The notes: generated from the sequence alone by a model not told the origin. DNA of 61,439 bases, filler included, from Collodictyon triciliatum (GCA_043381765.1; 5 parts of 5 records of this genome joined end to end with filler, not necessarily neighbours in it), one strand, 5' to 3'; positions 1 to 14,758 are shown, counted from the whole stretch's first letter. Translations and numbers: made by a program.

Positions 1-98
1 AAAAGGAAAAGGAAAAGGAAAAGGAAAAGGAAAAGGAAAAGGAAAAGGAAAAGGAAAAGGAAAAGGAAAAGGAAAAGGAAAAGGAAAAGGAAAAGGAA
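1..98. repeat. (AAAAGG)n microsatellite, intronic
   Basis: Perfect hexamer array at the window start. Confidence 0.95.
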
Positions 99-127
99 AT
101 TAGGATAAAATTGATTCATCATCGCAC

Positions 128-2119
128 AAGTTCATCATCAGCATCAGGAAACAGTTGTTGCATGGACTTTGTAAATTGATCTTCTCCAATACTTCCTGTA
201 TTTGTGGAATCAACCTCCTTGTAAAACTGGAAATGGACAGGAGGTCAAAGAAAATATCATAATTTCAATATGAATTAAAGAGACATGAGATAGGAATATT
301 CACTGCATATCTAATTTTGTGATGTTATTGAGTATAGCTGTTATAAACGAAAATGATACCCCGACAAGTTTTTCTGCATTTTTTCTTTGGTGGTCTTTAA
401 GCTTTGGATCAAGGGTTTAACGATCGAGCAAAAGATGAGCAAAATGTTGAATTTCAAAAAGGGTTTCTCTTATGTAATGTAATAAACGTACATGTGTCAT
501 AATCATCAAAAGAAGCTCTATTAGGGAAACCCGACGATGTCTTGGATTTGTTTGGTCTCTTTCATATGATGTAGTGCTAAGTTTTCTTGTTTCATTCATA
601 GATGACCTGTTTCAAACAAGAAATCAGGAGTAAGTCAATTGTATCGCTTTTAGATATGCCCCAAGTGACATTGTAATATATGCCATCCTGCTTCATCCAC
701 TAAATTATTATCTTCGTTTTTATTCTTGAAAATTTTAATAAAAGTATGAATTCTAATTTTAAAGCATTGAACCTTGATGTGAGATACGCATTATTTCCTA
801 ACGAAGCTGCAGTTACTGATATCGATTCAACAGCTCGCAGAAAGACAGAAATTTGATCACTTGGAGAATGTAATCGTTCAAGTATAGTTCTGATGGTTTT
901 AGAGGTTCAATGAGACTTTATCTGCCGAATGTCGAAAATCTTCATATTGGTTTTGTTAACTGGGAATATATTCATGAAAATGTGAGGTTCTTTGGACTAT
1001 TGCCTACTTGGAAAATTCAATCGCCCTTATCAAATCCAGATATTCTGACAAAGTTGTGTATTTGTCAATAGGATATTTTGCTCCTACAACTATTCCATTA
1101 ATAGCTAGATTTCTTGCATATGTTTCGATGTTAAAGAAAAATGAATGAAATATGACTTTTTTTTTTTTTTTTTTACTTTACTCGATTCAAAGAAAATATA
1201 AAATAGTTATTAAAAAGTTCAATAAGACAAGCCAACATATCCACCATCCTGCACAAAATTGAAAGGAAGGCAAAAAAAAAAAAAAGTTCAATAAGATGCA
1301 ATCAACTTGGAATGAAAACTATACAATTCAATCATGATTTTTTGTGATACTGAACAAATTGGTTGGATATATGAAAAAGGTCAATTCATCTGGATTCAAC
1401 GATTCGTCCAAGAAATTTCCAAAAACATTCACTTCAACATCAGTTTGACGAAATTTTGAAACTGTAGTGAGCAAATCTTCGATTTGCTAAGGAATTTTGG
1501 CCTCAGTAAACCAAGAAAAATTCAAATAGTATCTTCAATACAATATGCAAGGATGTCATTAATTAAGTCCCCATTCCCAGAGTATATGAATAGGTGTAGA
1601 GAAAATAATTTTCTTATATCATATGGAAATCTAACCTGATCGACAATAGGGCGTAAACCATACTTTGTAGATAAATAATCAAATACAAAATCGGGCAACG
1701 GCTCCCTATTTCCTTGGCCAAACATTCTATCTAAGTCAACCACAGGGTCATTCTGAAATGTGAAAGAAAATACTTGTAAGCCATCTGGTCGCCTACTGCC
1801 ACTTACAATAGCAAATATGTAATATTGTTGTCTTTTTGAAATAGAAATACCTGAAATTTAAGGTCATATACTTCACGAATAAATCGTATAAGCCAATTTT
1901 TGGGTCGAATTTCCGATTGGTTAACCTTAGCTGTCATAAATTTCCGGAGTTTTCCATCAACTTTGCGTGCCTCGTCCTTATTAAATGATTATGGGGGAAA
2001 GAGGTAAGTGATACGTATATATTAATGCAAATGTTGCCGTCGACGCATCATCGTAAGTATTAATCGACTCGTTTTTATCATTCTAATACATGATGGAATT
2101 GCGCAATAACAACAACAAT

Positions 2120-2211
<92 letters not shown>

Positions 2212-5200
2212 CGAAAAAAAAAAAAAAGCTTACTTTGTATTTTTCATTATTACTACCTGTTCAAAAATTTTATGGGGTAAATAGGTATTTATGGAGTAAA
2301 TGAATCATAACATAAAATGATTTAGCATTTCAGGTATCAGATAAGAACTGAAGGGACTAATTTATACCGAATAGTATGGCCGGTGCAATTTCCTTCATTT
2401 CATAGTCCCTCAATTTCAACTTTAGTTCTTTAATTTCATTCTCGTATTTTTGGGAATCGAAGTTTGATGCGGAATAATTGAGCCTTTTCAAAATGACGGA
2501 AATAAATATAATAGTATTAATCATCTTTTTACTTCCATTTTTCCGTCTTTTTCAGTTATGCGATAGTTGAAAATTTATATGAGTATGAATATACACCGGA
2601 ATATTTGTCTTTATGGTATCTCAAGTATGATGCAATAAACTAGATACATTTCCTCGAATTTATCCATATTTGATAGAACTCCCAGTTGATTGGATAAAGT
2701 GTCCTCTGATTCAGTTTGAACCTGCAAAAAATTGGTCTTTATTAAATCAAAGTTCACGCATTCTCCCGTGATTAACACTTGATAAATTCGATTGTTGAAT
2801 GAATGATAAGATAATTAGAAAATAATATATCAGTGTGTAAATAAGAAAAATTAATCACAGCATCACCCCAATATCTGCCTTTCTTAAACGGCGAATTTTG
2901 TGCACTGGCGCGGCATCTTCTATCTTAGCTAAATCGTCGTGCACTTCGAAATTCATTTCATCTGGTTGATCCAGTTCTTCACCCGTTGTTTCTAGATGTC
3001 CGGTCTTGCTTTGAAGCACTAAATTTATGCGTGGTATTCAAAAAAAAATGGAATGTCTTCATTTTTTCCTTCATTAAATTAAAGAATGTAAGTATATTCA
3101 TAAAAATAGACTTTCGTGGCAGATTGAATGAATTAAATTAGTAGTAGCTATCTTAATTCATATAATAGTAAAATGAAAAGATGATAAATATTGTCAAATG
3201 TAAAACGTGTTAGAGCCCGCTTATCGAACAGTGAGAAAACGCAGTCATTCCACTCTGCAAAAGCCTGTCTTAAATTATCTGGTAGGGAAGGGTCACTCGA
3301 CTCACTGAATGAATCAAAATGATATGCGTAAGTAGTTGAAATAGATTTAAAAAAAAAGGAAAATATAGAAAACCCAACGAAAAAAAGAACCATACTTTTT
3401 AGATTCTTGATAAATGACAGATTCATTCCAGCTGTTATAAAAATTTTCGGATTGAGTAAGAAATCAACTGGAAGACTTTGTATGTTATTTCTAAGAAATT
3501 AAAATCAAACATCGAGGCATCCTGGTATGTTAATGAAAAATGAAAAACAGATGATAATGAAAATTAAAACTATCAACTCTTCTAATCGCTTCGAAACACC
3601 GAAAACATAATCGTAATTTGGAATGATTCCATCCTCAGAGGGAACTGCTAGTTGAGTCGAGATGGTCTCAAATTCGGAATGACCCCTGGCCAGTACAAGC
3701 TCATTCTCTCTGATGAGAAATATGAAAAAGAAAAAAGGAAATCAAATAGATGGTGAAAAGAAAAGATGATCAAGAGTTTTCGTAATTTTTTTCTGAATTT
3801 TCCTCCTTTTTTTTTTTTTTTTATGGCTGAACAGTTTGTTATGAATATTTTTCTTCCGTTATTCCATTCAAAGTGAGCGTAATGAATATAAATAGTAAGA
3901 AACCAAAAACCTGCAAGAGCTCATCAAAATGGCATTCACCGTCACCCTCCAGCTATTCATATCACTTAGTATTTTATCAATCCCGGGATCTTCCTGTGAA
4001 TCCACTGGTGTCATGTGACCATTGACCTAAAATTATTAACCAAGAATGATTCTGTGGAAAAAAAAAATTGTGTATCTCCTAAAAGATTAAACAGTTTACT
4101 ATTACTTGTTAACGACCTTTCGATTTCAAATTATTTCAAGACCTTTTCAAATAGAGACCCCCAGCTTTGCATATCTTCGATAAGTCTCCCAAACTTGTCT
4201 CGGACTGTTTTAGATTTGCTAAATCTAAGCGAAACAGCAGCATTATCATTAATAGTGTATTTTTAAGCTTTCACTATTACTAAATAGAGACTAAATAAGA
4301 GAATTGAATCTAGAGGTATCATAATTTAGAACGAGAATGAAGGAGTATTTGGATAACTATGTTGGCATTCATCATTTTTTAAAGATTTTATTACCCCATC
4401 ATTCTATCATTTTGTGGTTTTTCAAGTCCACCTTGGCTGATTTTATTGTACCAAGATTCCATTTGTTGAGAAATGAACATTAACTCGTCGACAAGACCAT
4501 CGTCACCTGATGATTATATTCCAATATGAATGCGCGTATGTGGTTTAAACATAATGTCTACCCATTAGTAATTATAGAATTAAGATATTCATTTACCAGT
4601 TATCCATCCAGTCAAATTTGTCAACCAATGCTGCATCGCCTGTTGTATGCGTATGAGCTCTTTACTGTGCACGAGAAATATATTAAATTTTTTCATGTTA
4701 AATATTTACAGATTATTTATACTTGATTACTTTTTTCTAATATTTTGCTCAGTTTACCTGTGCTTGATTTGCAAATCAGATGAAAGTAATCTTGAGACGA
4801 ATTTAGCTGAACTAATATTATAAGTTGTGTCGATGTGCATTCTTTTAGAAAATTTACTATGAAATTTTTTTTTCATCCCTCTTATTTCATTCATATCGAT
4901 GCATTCATATCCTCTTAAATATACTTTGAACTTGATGTGTGTAACTGCGAATCAAATTTGCTCTAATAACCTTGATGTCCATCGGTCTAAAGAGTTTTGG
5001 AGTTTTGTAATAATTTCTGACGTTATCGTATTTGCATCGTCTCCGAATTTCCGAGAAATCCTTACAGAAAAAAAGTTGTGTTTATAAAAGAAAGGAAATT
5101 CACTGAATAATATAATTTAACTAAATAGTCAAAAGAATGTGTCTGCGAACAAACTTTTGTGAAAGTTGGCTCCACGTTTGTATACTTTTTAGAATACCTA

Positions 5201-8200
5201 TGCAATAAGGTCGATTCGCAGGATGAGAATAATAATAATAATAATTAAATTAAAAAAAAGGTTCATATGATGACAAATAATTCACTGCTAACCAGAGTAA
5301 TCCATGTTGTGAGTTTCTGCCTTTTTGTTTGCTTCATCCAGTGTAGATTTTAGGCTTTTTATCTCAGTCTGGTGATTATTTGATTGGATGCAAAAGTTAC
5401 GAGATTAAACATATTGTATATTCGCCCGCTCAAATATGTAAAGAATAAATCGATCCGAAAAGTACTATCGAACTGTCGATTTCTTGTATTAGTTCATGCT
5501 CATTCTTTGACAAGGTCTGGGTCGACTCTGTAATGAATTGCTTCAAACCCTCTAGTTTTTTTTTAAACAATATTTTCAATTATTTTCCTCCAGTCCAAAA
5601 TATGTACTTTAAAGTAAAAAAATGAGTGACCATAATAGAATCATGCTTAAAGAAAGTATTATATAAAATAAACATAAACGGTGTCATTGTATACCTTGTT
5701 CTGTTTTTGTTTTATAATTCATGTGTGAGTGGGCATCGGTTACACATTTTGAGATATATTTTGCAATTTTTAGGTAGACTACAGATTTATCCTAAAAAAA
5801 TACACAACTTTCATTACGAATATTCAAATAATTAGGAATGAATGGAAAAACAATCAAATAAGTTAATGTCTTTTAAAATATCTAAATAATAACCACAGTC
5901 GTGGCTAAGATGAAAGTAATAATAGAAATAGCATCAATAAAAAAAAAATCATTCTTCCGCCCCCCATATTTATAATGGAATAGCCATCCTTTGACATACA
6001 TGTAATTTTTCGACATCTGATGCACCAACGTCTTTAAGGTTGTACAATAAAGCAGCAGCCTCGTTGTACTGCTTCTTCTCAGCGTGCATGCGGGCAAGTT
6101 CTAGTACAGAAATAAATGAAATAGGCATTCAATAATGTAGGAAAATATAAAGAGGGCATTAGGAAAAAGGTACTTGTGATTCTAAGGGGAATTAAGTACT
6201 TTTCTGTCTTCATGCAAGCACTACCAATAAAATAATCGTAATAATCGTAATATTATTAACCGAGAGAAGTATAATACCAATTTCAAGCCGAGCTCGTTGG
6301 AGTTGACTCAGACTTTTGTATTCGTCTAGCATGAAAGCTGTCTCACTTTGCTGAGTTTCTAATCTATGAATTTTAACAAAATAAACAAGTACCGTGTTTA
6401 GGATAATACTTTTTACAGTATTCATTAAAAAAAAAATTAATTGTATAGCTGCTGCAAAATTGAAAAGGTCATTTAATGTTTACTCTGTAATCCTTCTTTT
6501 AAGCTTAGTTGCCTCCTCATAAAAGTCTGTAGAGTTCTTTTTAAATTCACCATAATCTAACGATAATAGAACAGGGATGGAAAAAAATTCACAGGTTTAA
6601 GGTGCGGAATATGTATTCATGTAAACTTACTTATATAAAGAGAGTAAACATTCACATATGATAAAATCTTGTAGTTTCGAAAAGAAAACCTTTTTTATGG
6701 GATACATAGATTTTGAGATATACCAGATTCGAAATGATCGAGAGCAATCTTAAGTTCCTGAACTTCTTGTGCCAGATGTCTACACAATGTTGTTTGAACA
6801 ACCAATTTGTTTTGCAGGTCTAATATCTTTATTAATCATATAGATTAACAAACGTGCTTCTTATCTATTCTTTGGTTGGAATAATGTATATTATTAAGAA
6901 ATAGTAACCTTTTTATTTGAATGTCATATATGTATTCGTATTTGTAAAGAAATAGAAAAATCAATCAGGCTAAATGCAGACCTTTGGTGGTATTGCAAGG
7001 AAAAAATCAGAATACAGTGTGCGAATATCTTGCAGCGCGGAACCCCTTTCGACACATTCGATCGTAACCTAAATATTGAATTAAATAAGAATTGATGAAC
7101 AAGAAGAATATAAAAAAAAATTCACATTGAGTTTTAAGTAAGTAGATTGTTTTTCTTTATGTGTGATACACAAGGTATAGCCCATTAATATCAAGATTTT
7201 ATATTATAGATGGATATACTTTGGCTTTATTTGAGACTTTGCTAGAATTTCTATTCGATTTAATAACTGAATCATCTAATTTAACTTTTCATTTCTCTTT
7301 TTTTTTTCCATTTATAAATTTTATGTAATGGAGGTATAGTACCTGACGGATAATTTCTGATAAATAAGAGTCATAAATGTGTTGCTCTTTCTGAATAATT
7401 TCCACCAAAGCCATAGCTTTGGATTTGATATCATCCTCGTCCTCGCCAAGAAGATCAGTAAAGTGTGTTTGGGACCAAAGAGGGCTCTCTTTTCGTATGC
7501 TTTCAATGTCTTGGTGTAGCTTTCTTTGGAGCTGTATGATTTCTGCTCTTTTGTTTGGCCTAGTCGACAATTTGAACAGAACGTGATATGAACAATATGA
7601 CTAAAAGAAAGCGTAGAGGTGATTATTATTTTTATATTATTTTTTTGCATAATAAAACCATATTATCATTTCTTATCCATGTTTTATTATAATGATAAGT
7701 GAACAAAGTATTCTAAAAATTGAGTGACGAAAAGATAGAAAAACACACACACACACAAAAAAAAAGAGAGAGAGAGAGAGGTTACAATAGATCAGGTAAG
7801 CTGATATAGATTAATCATTAATAACTATATCTATAAAATTGATGAAAGGCATACAGTAAAGAGGGATATTCTGGTTCCACAGAGCCAGGACCTAACCAAA
7901 AACAAACAAAAAAAAAAGAACTGTTAAAAGAAAAAGAGAGAAAATCATTTAAAAAATCATGAATATAACAATACGATTGATATTGAATGATCCTTAATAT
8001 ACAGGATAATTCAACATCAACGATAGACTCATATGGAGCCGACCAAGGAGAAAATATCATCAAGAAATGTAAAGAGACATATGGATATGTAGATGGATAA
8101 ATAAGCCACAAGAATGAAACGGTGTTTAAGAAGTCAACAAACGCTTGAATCTCGTGTCGATGGCCGGTATGGAGACCAAGGCAAACTGGCTCGGATCCAG

Positions 8201-8950
8201 CAGTGCGCCATCCACAGCCTGCGACTGAGCCTGCAAATTCAAGGAGCTGGTTGCGGAGGAAACCTTTCCACCATCACCATCGCCATCACCACGAGCGTCC
8301 CGATTATCATTATTATCAATGTTGATATTATCGTCACCATCACCATCATCATTACCATCATCAGGATTGTCAGTATCATCCCGAAGCACACTGACAGGAG
8401 CGTCCGCACGGCCCTCTCTAGCGCGGCGCAGGCGCACTGGGGTGGATCTGTGGGGGATGCGGACGTCCAGCAGGTACGATACATCGCGGGGCGAAACCCG
8501 GGGCGTCGGCATCAGATGCGTAAAGCGAGCGCGGCGGGCCGGGTGGGACCAGACAGCCGCCGAGTTTGAGTGCCCAATCGTGCTGGAATGCCCACTTGTG
8601 TTTGGATGCGTCTGTGCGTTTGGAAGCGTGTTTGTGGCCTCGGCAAGAAGCGGAAGGCTGCGCGTCCAGACACTCGTCGCGTTTGCCTCACCGGGTCCTG
8701 CAAGGAGTGCCCGGGCACACAGTCGCGGAAGCGCACCCTCGGAGGCTCCATCTCGTGATTGTGGCTGTGGCTGTGGTTGTGGCTGTGGCTGTGGCTGTGG
8801 CTGATGTGGTGGTCTCGGTTCGGCGGGTGACGTATGTGGGCGGCGGCGGGGATGTGTTTCTGCTGCTTCGCTCGGCTGGAGGAAGTGTGCGTTGATGGTT
8901 CGTGGGGATCGGCGCCGCATTCCTGGTCTTCCAGGTGTCTCGCTGTTCAT
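128..8950 (-). CDS. Large multi-exon flagellar-type protein: low-complexity N-terminus, axonemal dynein light chain domain (AXDND1/DNALI1-like), coiled coils, C-terminal EF-hand-like region; 3' end runs off the window
   Basis: ATG at 8950, then in-phase GT-AG exons. They spell PNKRAEIIQLQRKL...IYDSYLSEIIRQ|VTIECVERGSALQDIR (Ax_dynein_light signature ELIRQVTxxCxERG), then KNWLIRFIREVYDLK...LPDFVFDYLSTKYGLRPIVDQ and FYKEVDSTNTGSIGEDQF. The last visible exon ends at a GT donor (127). Exons around 2300-3500 were not fully resolved. Confidence 0.7.
2105..2212. repeat. (CAA)n microsatellite, intronic
   Basis: Trinucleotide array; explains the poly-Asn ORF at 2090. Confidence 0.95.
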
Positions 8951-8979
8951 ATTTCTTTTTTCCTATTGTTCTGTGAGTC

Positions 8980-9172
8980 TTTTTTATGTCTTTTTTTATG
9001 TCTTTTTTTATGTCTTTTTTTTATGTCTTTTTTTTATGTCTTTTTTTTTATGTCTTTTTTTTTATGTCTTTTTTTTTGTGTCTTTTTTTTATGTCTTTTT
9101 TTTTATGTCTTTTTTTTTATGTCTTTTTTTTTATGTCTTTTTTTTTATGTCTTTTTTTAAGTCTTTTTTATG
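8980..9172. repeat. (T7-10 ATGTC)n array between divergent start codons
   Basis: Tandem TTTTTTTATGTC-type units. Confidence 0.9.
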
Positions 9173-9207
9173 CCTTTTCTATGTGTCTCGGCGATGATTC
9201 GCGGCAC

Positions 9208-9926
9208 ATGTTTTCTCAAGGCGGCAAAAAAGCGCAGGTATTATACATCACGTATTGGTTGTCGGTTGCATCTGCACCTAATGTCATTATAATGTTATAT
9301 ACAAATTTGAGTACATACATCAACTTTATATGTGCTCACTATTATGTGAATGAAAAAGGAAATGCATATTATCATTTAAAATCCACAAATAGTAATCAAC
9401 ATTGGCAACCCACATTCAAGTCTTTATTTTGATCCCTCTTGCAGGCGATATTGGACACATTGACATCCGAGTTCAGAGCTCGTGGGTTTGGCAGTCAGAG
9501 ATCGGTTGGTGGCAGGTACATCCAACCGAGAATTATATCACTTGAGCGAGCCCCAAGGATCTGGTGTTGAAAAAGAAAAGGTTGATCACGTTGGAAGTAA
9601 AACGAGGGAAATATGTTCTTAAACGAGTTTGTTCGATTGCCCCGCTCATTTTATTTTATCTCACTTTACTTTACTTTATTCTTTTATTCTGTTATTCTTT
9701 TATTCTTTTATTCTTTTATTCTGTTATTCTTTTATTCTTTACTTTTTTTTTTTTAATTCTTTTAGTAATCCTTCTAGAATGTCAGTCCTTTCTTCGGGCC
9801 ACGATGTCGGCTTCTTGCGTCTTTCGCTTCTGCAGGTGATTACTTTTTTCCTCCTTTTCTCATTTCTTAACTTAACATACTACGCATAGTTTCATCTCTC
9901 TCTTATTCTTCTTCTTCTTCTTCTTC

Positions 9927-10021
<95 letters not shown>

Positions 10022-11023
10022 TACATTTCGTTATCTAGCCTATTCGCTCGTCGTCTCTTTTGTCATGTTCATTTTCACTTTCGTTTTACTTTTCTGTGGT
10101 TATCGCTTCTATGTAAACGGGAAACAAGGAAAATCGAGTAAACGCAATACTGCCTGAAATGATAATGAACAGATCATTTCGCAAGTCAACAGCCAGTTTG
10201 GCTACGAAAGCCGCATTAACGACTCAGGCACAGCGCCTACGTTGACGTACAAACTCAACCTTCGAGGCTCCGAGTTCGAGGTGGTTGTTACGGCCGAGGT
10301 CCTCAATCGTGTGAACCGCATAATCTTCTGCTACAAACATCCGTTCCTGATTCACAGCAAGCGCCGCACAGAGGCTGCCGAATACATTAACCGCTCCAAC
10401 CACACGCTCTACATGGGCTGCTTCCACATGAATCTGGACTCGGGCGAGCTTTTTCTCAGGACTACGCTGATTGACTCCAGCACGCAAAAGAATGATATGG
10501 TCGAGAGCATCCGCAACGTCCAGACTCTTGCGTACATGATTCTGACCGATTATCGAGAAGTCCTTCGAAAGTTTTCCGTGCCGGCGCCTATTCAGCGTAA
10601 GAGTCTTCTAATAGTATTCTTCATTGATATTCAGTTTTTTTTCATTTTTATTCGAATTATTTATTCACATTATTTACTCGGTCGTCATTTAAAGCCTTGC
10701 ATGAAACTAAATCTCACTTGTAGCGGTTCCTGGGACTTTGTTTGCATACACCAGTACTGGCAATCATGTCTTGTTTAAAAGTGCTGTGGATGTTGAAATG
10801 ACCAAAAAAGTATGTCTTGGAGATCGATTTGTCCTAAGAGGATTGGGTTCTGTCACTTATATCGGATGTTACGAGAGGATTCCGTACATCGTTCCCGACC
10901 GCGATATGTATGCTCGTCCGTGGACGGATGATTCAATGCCCTTGGAATACATCCGAAAGTTTGGTAAGCCAACTTGCCATCATTTCTTTTTCTGTCTTTT
11001 TTCTCCCTCTCTTCTTTTTCCTC

Positions 11024-11106
<83 letters not shown>

Positions 11107-13530
11107 CTCTCTCTCAATATGTTTAGTCAATATTTCTTGAATAATGTTAATCTAACAAATCTATATAATGTCGGGATAGGTGACGTACCGGTGACAAGAG
11201 GATATGTTGGTATTGATAATGCTGTATATAGCTTTGATGTTACCTTGATGGCATCTCATCGATTCAATTTCTTGGCTGGAGACCGCGTCGTAAAAAAACA
11301 AAGATTCGGTAACGTCATCGGCGTGCTGAACCAATCTCTCTATGTGCACTATGACGGGTCTCCTGGTGCTGAAAGGGAAACGGAAGTCAAAGACCTCTGC
11401 CTTGTTTGTCGTTACGGTACTCTATCCAACTCCTTGTCTCGAGAATCGCACTATTAAATCATATATATGTGTGTGTGGGATAATGGCATCATCCTAAGCT
11501 CAATACTTACTCGAATTTTTTTTTAAAAAAAAAATGATGGCACAGGATATCCTGGAACTTCGGTTGTGAGAGTGGCCAACGGGTCTGTGGAGGTCGATGT
11601 GTCGTCTCTCTCTACAGCAGAATACGGTTTTGCCCCAGGGGATATCGTTAACATACCCAATAATGGACGAGGCGTGATCATTGGTCTATGTGATGACCGT
11701 ATCATCGTACAGCCGCACGACCATACTGAACCAGGTGCGTGGAAGGTGACCATCAACAAGGACTTGCATTCCGTAGACTTCCAGCTGATTTGTCGCCCAG
11801 GTATTTCAACATTGTAAAAAAATTTTTGCTTTATTTGGTAATTCGCGCATATCACTATTCAATCAACTCAACGAACTCAACGAACTAAACGAACCCTCTT
11901 CTTCTCTTCTTCTCTTCTTCTCTTCTTCTCTTCTTCTCTTCTTCTCTTCTTCTCTTCTTCTCTTCTTCTCTTCTTCTCTTCTTCTCTTCTTCTCTTCTTC
12001 TCTCTCCCCTCTAGGCGGAAGTGCTTACACGACCGTATTCACACCCAATGGTGCACAGAAACTAGAAGTAGGCTTCGAAGTTTTCCAAAAGTATGGATTC
12101 AATCCAGGAGACTCTGTGCAGACACCAGAAGGGACTGGAACGGTTCTTGGCGCTACGCATGAAGATCTTGTCTTTCTTATCAATCGAAACACGCAAGTCT
12201 TCAAAGGTTCCACGGGAGCTGACCTCCGAAAAAGCGGATTTGTGATTTCTAACGAGCTTTCGATAAACACGACACACGAGGTTGTAAAGCCAGAGCTGCA
12301 AAACATCATCCGGATGGTCGGCCCTTTCCTTAACACACCGCAATCTTTGCCTGATCCGCCAGTTCCGGCCACTGTGGATAGCAAAGCAAATAGGGAAGCT
12401 GCCAGTAAATCAGTTAATGCACTCCCAGTGGCAAACCTTGTTGCAAACGCAGGGAAACCAGATATGAGACCGAATTCCGGGTCGGCTGTCCCACTTGTGA
12501 AAGTGCGAGGTAATGAAGATTCTGTGGAAAATATCGCGGATGAGTTGAAAAGAAAATGCGACTTCGATGAGCAGCCGGACGAGATGAATATAAGGATGGA
12601 GAAAATGCTAATTGAAGAGCTCCTGAAACAAGAAGAGGAACAAGGCGGGCGGCTTGACTCCTCGAGTGCGTTGGGTGTGACCAGCACCTTATTGGGTAAA
12701 TACTTTTTCTACTTCCATTTTAATTTCTATTTCCTCTGTTTGATATGCAAGGAAGCTCGTGTGGTTTCGCGTTTTAGTCGTAAAAAAAATTCCAAAATGA
12801 TGAATGCACTCCAAACAGAGACACTGAAGTCCGATAACTATCTGCTCACTTCGCGAGAGGTGTCTATTCATTCAAAGGATGGACAGCCCCAAATTCTCGG
12901 AAAAGGTGCTTTTGGAGTTGTCTACAGTGGCATCCTTTGGGGAGTGGAAGATGTGGCCATCAAAAGAATTCGCTTGAAAACAAAGAGACAGTACATAGAT
13001 GTGAAAGAAGAGTTCAAGATTCTGGCGTGAGTGTTTGTTTCATTATTTTCATTGTCAATTTTAGTTTTAGTTTTAGTTAATTGTTGTTGTTGTTGTTATC
13101 ATTCTTGTTAGTAGTAGTTTGTAGTCTTTTATATATATATACTCTTTCTTACAGTAATAATGGTGTCATGCGTGCACTTAGTAAACTGAACCACCCAAAT
13201 GTTCTTCGCATCTACGGGGTCTGCATCTTCAAATCTGAGGTCTACCTCGTCCTGGACAAATGCGACGGGGGCACCATCGAGGATCATCTGAAAACCAATC
13301 CACAATGTCCGTGGAGAAAGAGAGTCGAATTTGCCATCAACATCGGCAAGGCAATCAATTTCCTCCACCGCCGCGGAATCATCCACCGCGACATCAAACT
13401 AGCAAACATGCTCCTTCGAGGCGGAAACGCACTCTTAGCAGACTTTGGTCTGTCTCGCGTCACGGGTTCTGCAGTCGCCGGCGAGGGAACTCCTCTGTAA
13501 TGCTGCCTGATTTTGTTCATTTCATGGTGT

Positions 13531-13582
<52 letters not shown>

Positions 13583-13938
13583 AACCATGATAACTACTCA
13601 CCAAGCACCATTTCCATCACATCATGACCAATAGATACATGGCACCAGAACTGACAAAGAAAGGCGGCTATGGAAACACATCGGTGGATGTCTACGCCTT
13701 CGGCATCGGGCTTTGGTACATGAACAACCCGGAGGCGAATCCGTATCCCGGCGTCAAGACAGCAGTCGACCTGTATGCGCGAGTCCAGTCTGGGCAGCGG
13801 CCGCCCCTCCACATGTCCATTCCGCAGTCGGTTGTCACCATCATGGTGGATTGCTGGCACGGAATCCCAGAGAGGCGCCCGGGCATTAGCAAGGTTGTTC
13901 TGCAGTTGAAGGAGGCGCTGAAACACATCGACCCCTGA
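9208..13938 (+). CDS. TKL-like protein kinase with an N-terminal YbjN-like domain and about four GFxPGDxV beta-repeats
   Basis: Kinase motifs LGKGAFGVVY, VAIK, LNHPNVLRIYG, IIHRDIKLANML, ADFGLSR, GTPL|YMAPE, DVYAFG, CW...RP are joined by in-phase GT-AG introns; stop at 13938. Upstream exons MFSQGGKKAQ|AILDTL...GGR|MSVLSS are phase-compatible. An alternative start lies at 9779. Confidence 0.85.
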
Positions 13939-14148
13939 TATCTGCTGCCGTGGTGCTTCTGCCCCGTGGGAATAAACGTGGCGGCCTTTTCCTGTGCTTG
14001 TGATTGGTTGCAAGCCAGAGTGTTGAAACCGTGGCTAGACGCAACCCGTCTTTTTATCTTTCTTTTTATCTTTCTTTTTATCTTTCTTTTTATCTTTCTT
14101 TTTATCTTTCTTTTTATCTTTCTTTTTATCTTTCTTTTTATCTTTCTT

Positions 14149-14248
14149 NNNNNNNNNNNNNNNNNNNNNNNNNNNNNNNNNNNNNNNNNNNNTTAATTAA
14201 TTAANNNNNNNNNNNNNNNNNNNNNNNNNNNNNNNNNNNNNNNNNNNN
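14149..14248. other. Artificial contig spacer N44-TTAATTAATTAA-N44 (also at 28394-28493, 42635-42734, 56868-56967)
   Basis: Identical 100-nt layout four times; the 12-mer gives stops in all six frames; genes are truncated at these points. Confidence 0.95.
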
Positions 14249-14504
14249 AAACAAAAACAAAAACAAAAACAAAAACAAAAACAAAAACAAAAACAAAAAC
14301 AAAAACAAAAACAAAAACAAAAACAAAAACAAAAACAAAAACAAAAAGCAAACAAACGAGGGTATTCGATCAACCAACCTCGTTGCTGGCTACAATTCCT
14401 CAATCTTCAACTTCCTGCCTGCCCTGGAAAGTCCAAGCTGCGCATGGGATCATATCTGGTATTCAGGTGGCCACTGGAGAGCAAGCGATCAAAAGTAAAA
14501 AAAA

Positions 14505-14758
14505 TTGGGGAGGCGTGATTGCGTCAGGTGAACAAGCTCTTCCCTCCACGGCAGCCCGGCGTGGCCTGCGCAGAGATCGAAGCGAGCGTGGTTGTACCAC
14601 AGTGCCCCTAAAGGCCGTTGTAAGTCGGTTGTGTTTGTTTTGTTTTTGGTAATTTATTAATTTTCAAATTTTTTTTGGTAATTTGATTTTTCTCTTCTGT
14701 TGAATATTATGATCTCTTTTATCTGAAGTATCACTCCAACATGGCACGCCTTGCCCCC
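14505..14758 (-). ncRNA. Putative structured ncRNA of unknown family, copy 1
   Basis: Shares three blocks with copy 2: 14514-14531 (18/18), 14601-14620 (19/20) and 14725-14749 (25/25). Has a terminal stem and internal helices with compensatory changes; oligo-T follows on the minus strand. Strand uncertain. Confidence 0.55.

Noticed and set aside
14614-14728. Apparent intron GTAAGT...GAAG within RNA copy 1
   Set aside because: Copy 2 has GAAATC at the same position, and splicing would remove bases conserved in both copies.
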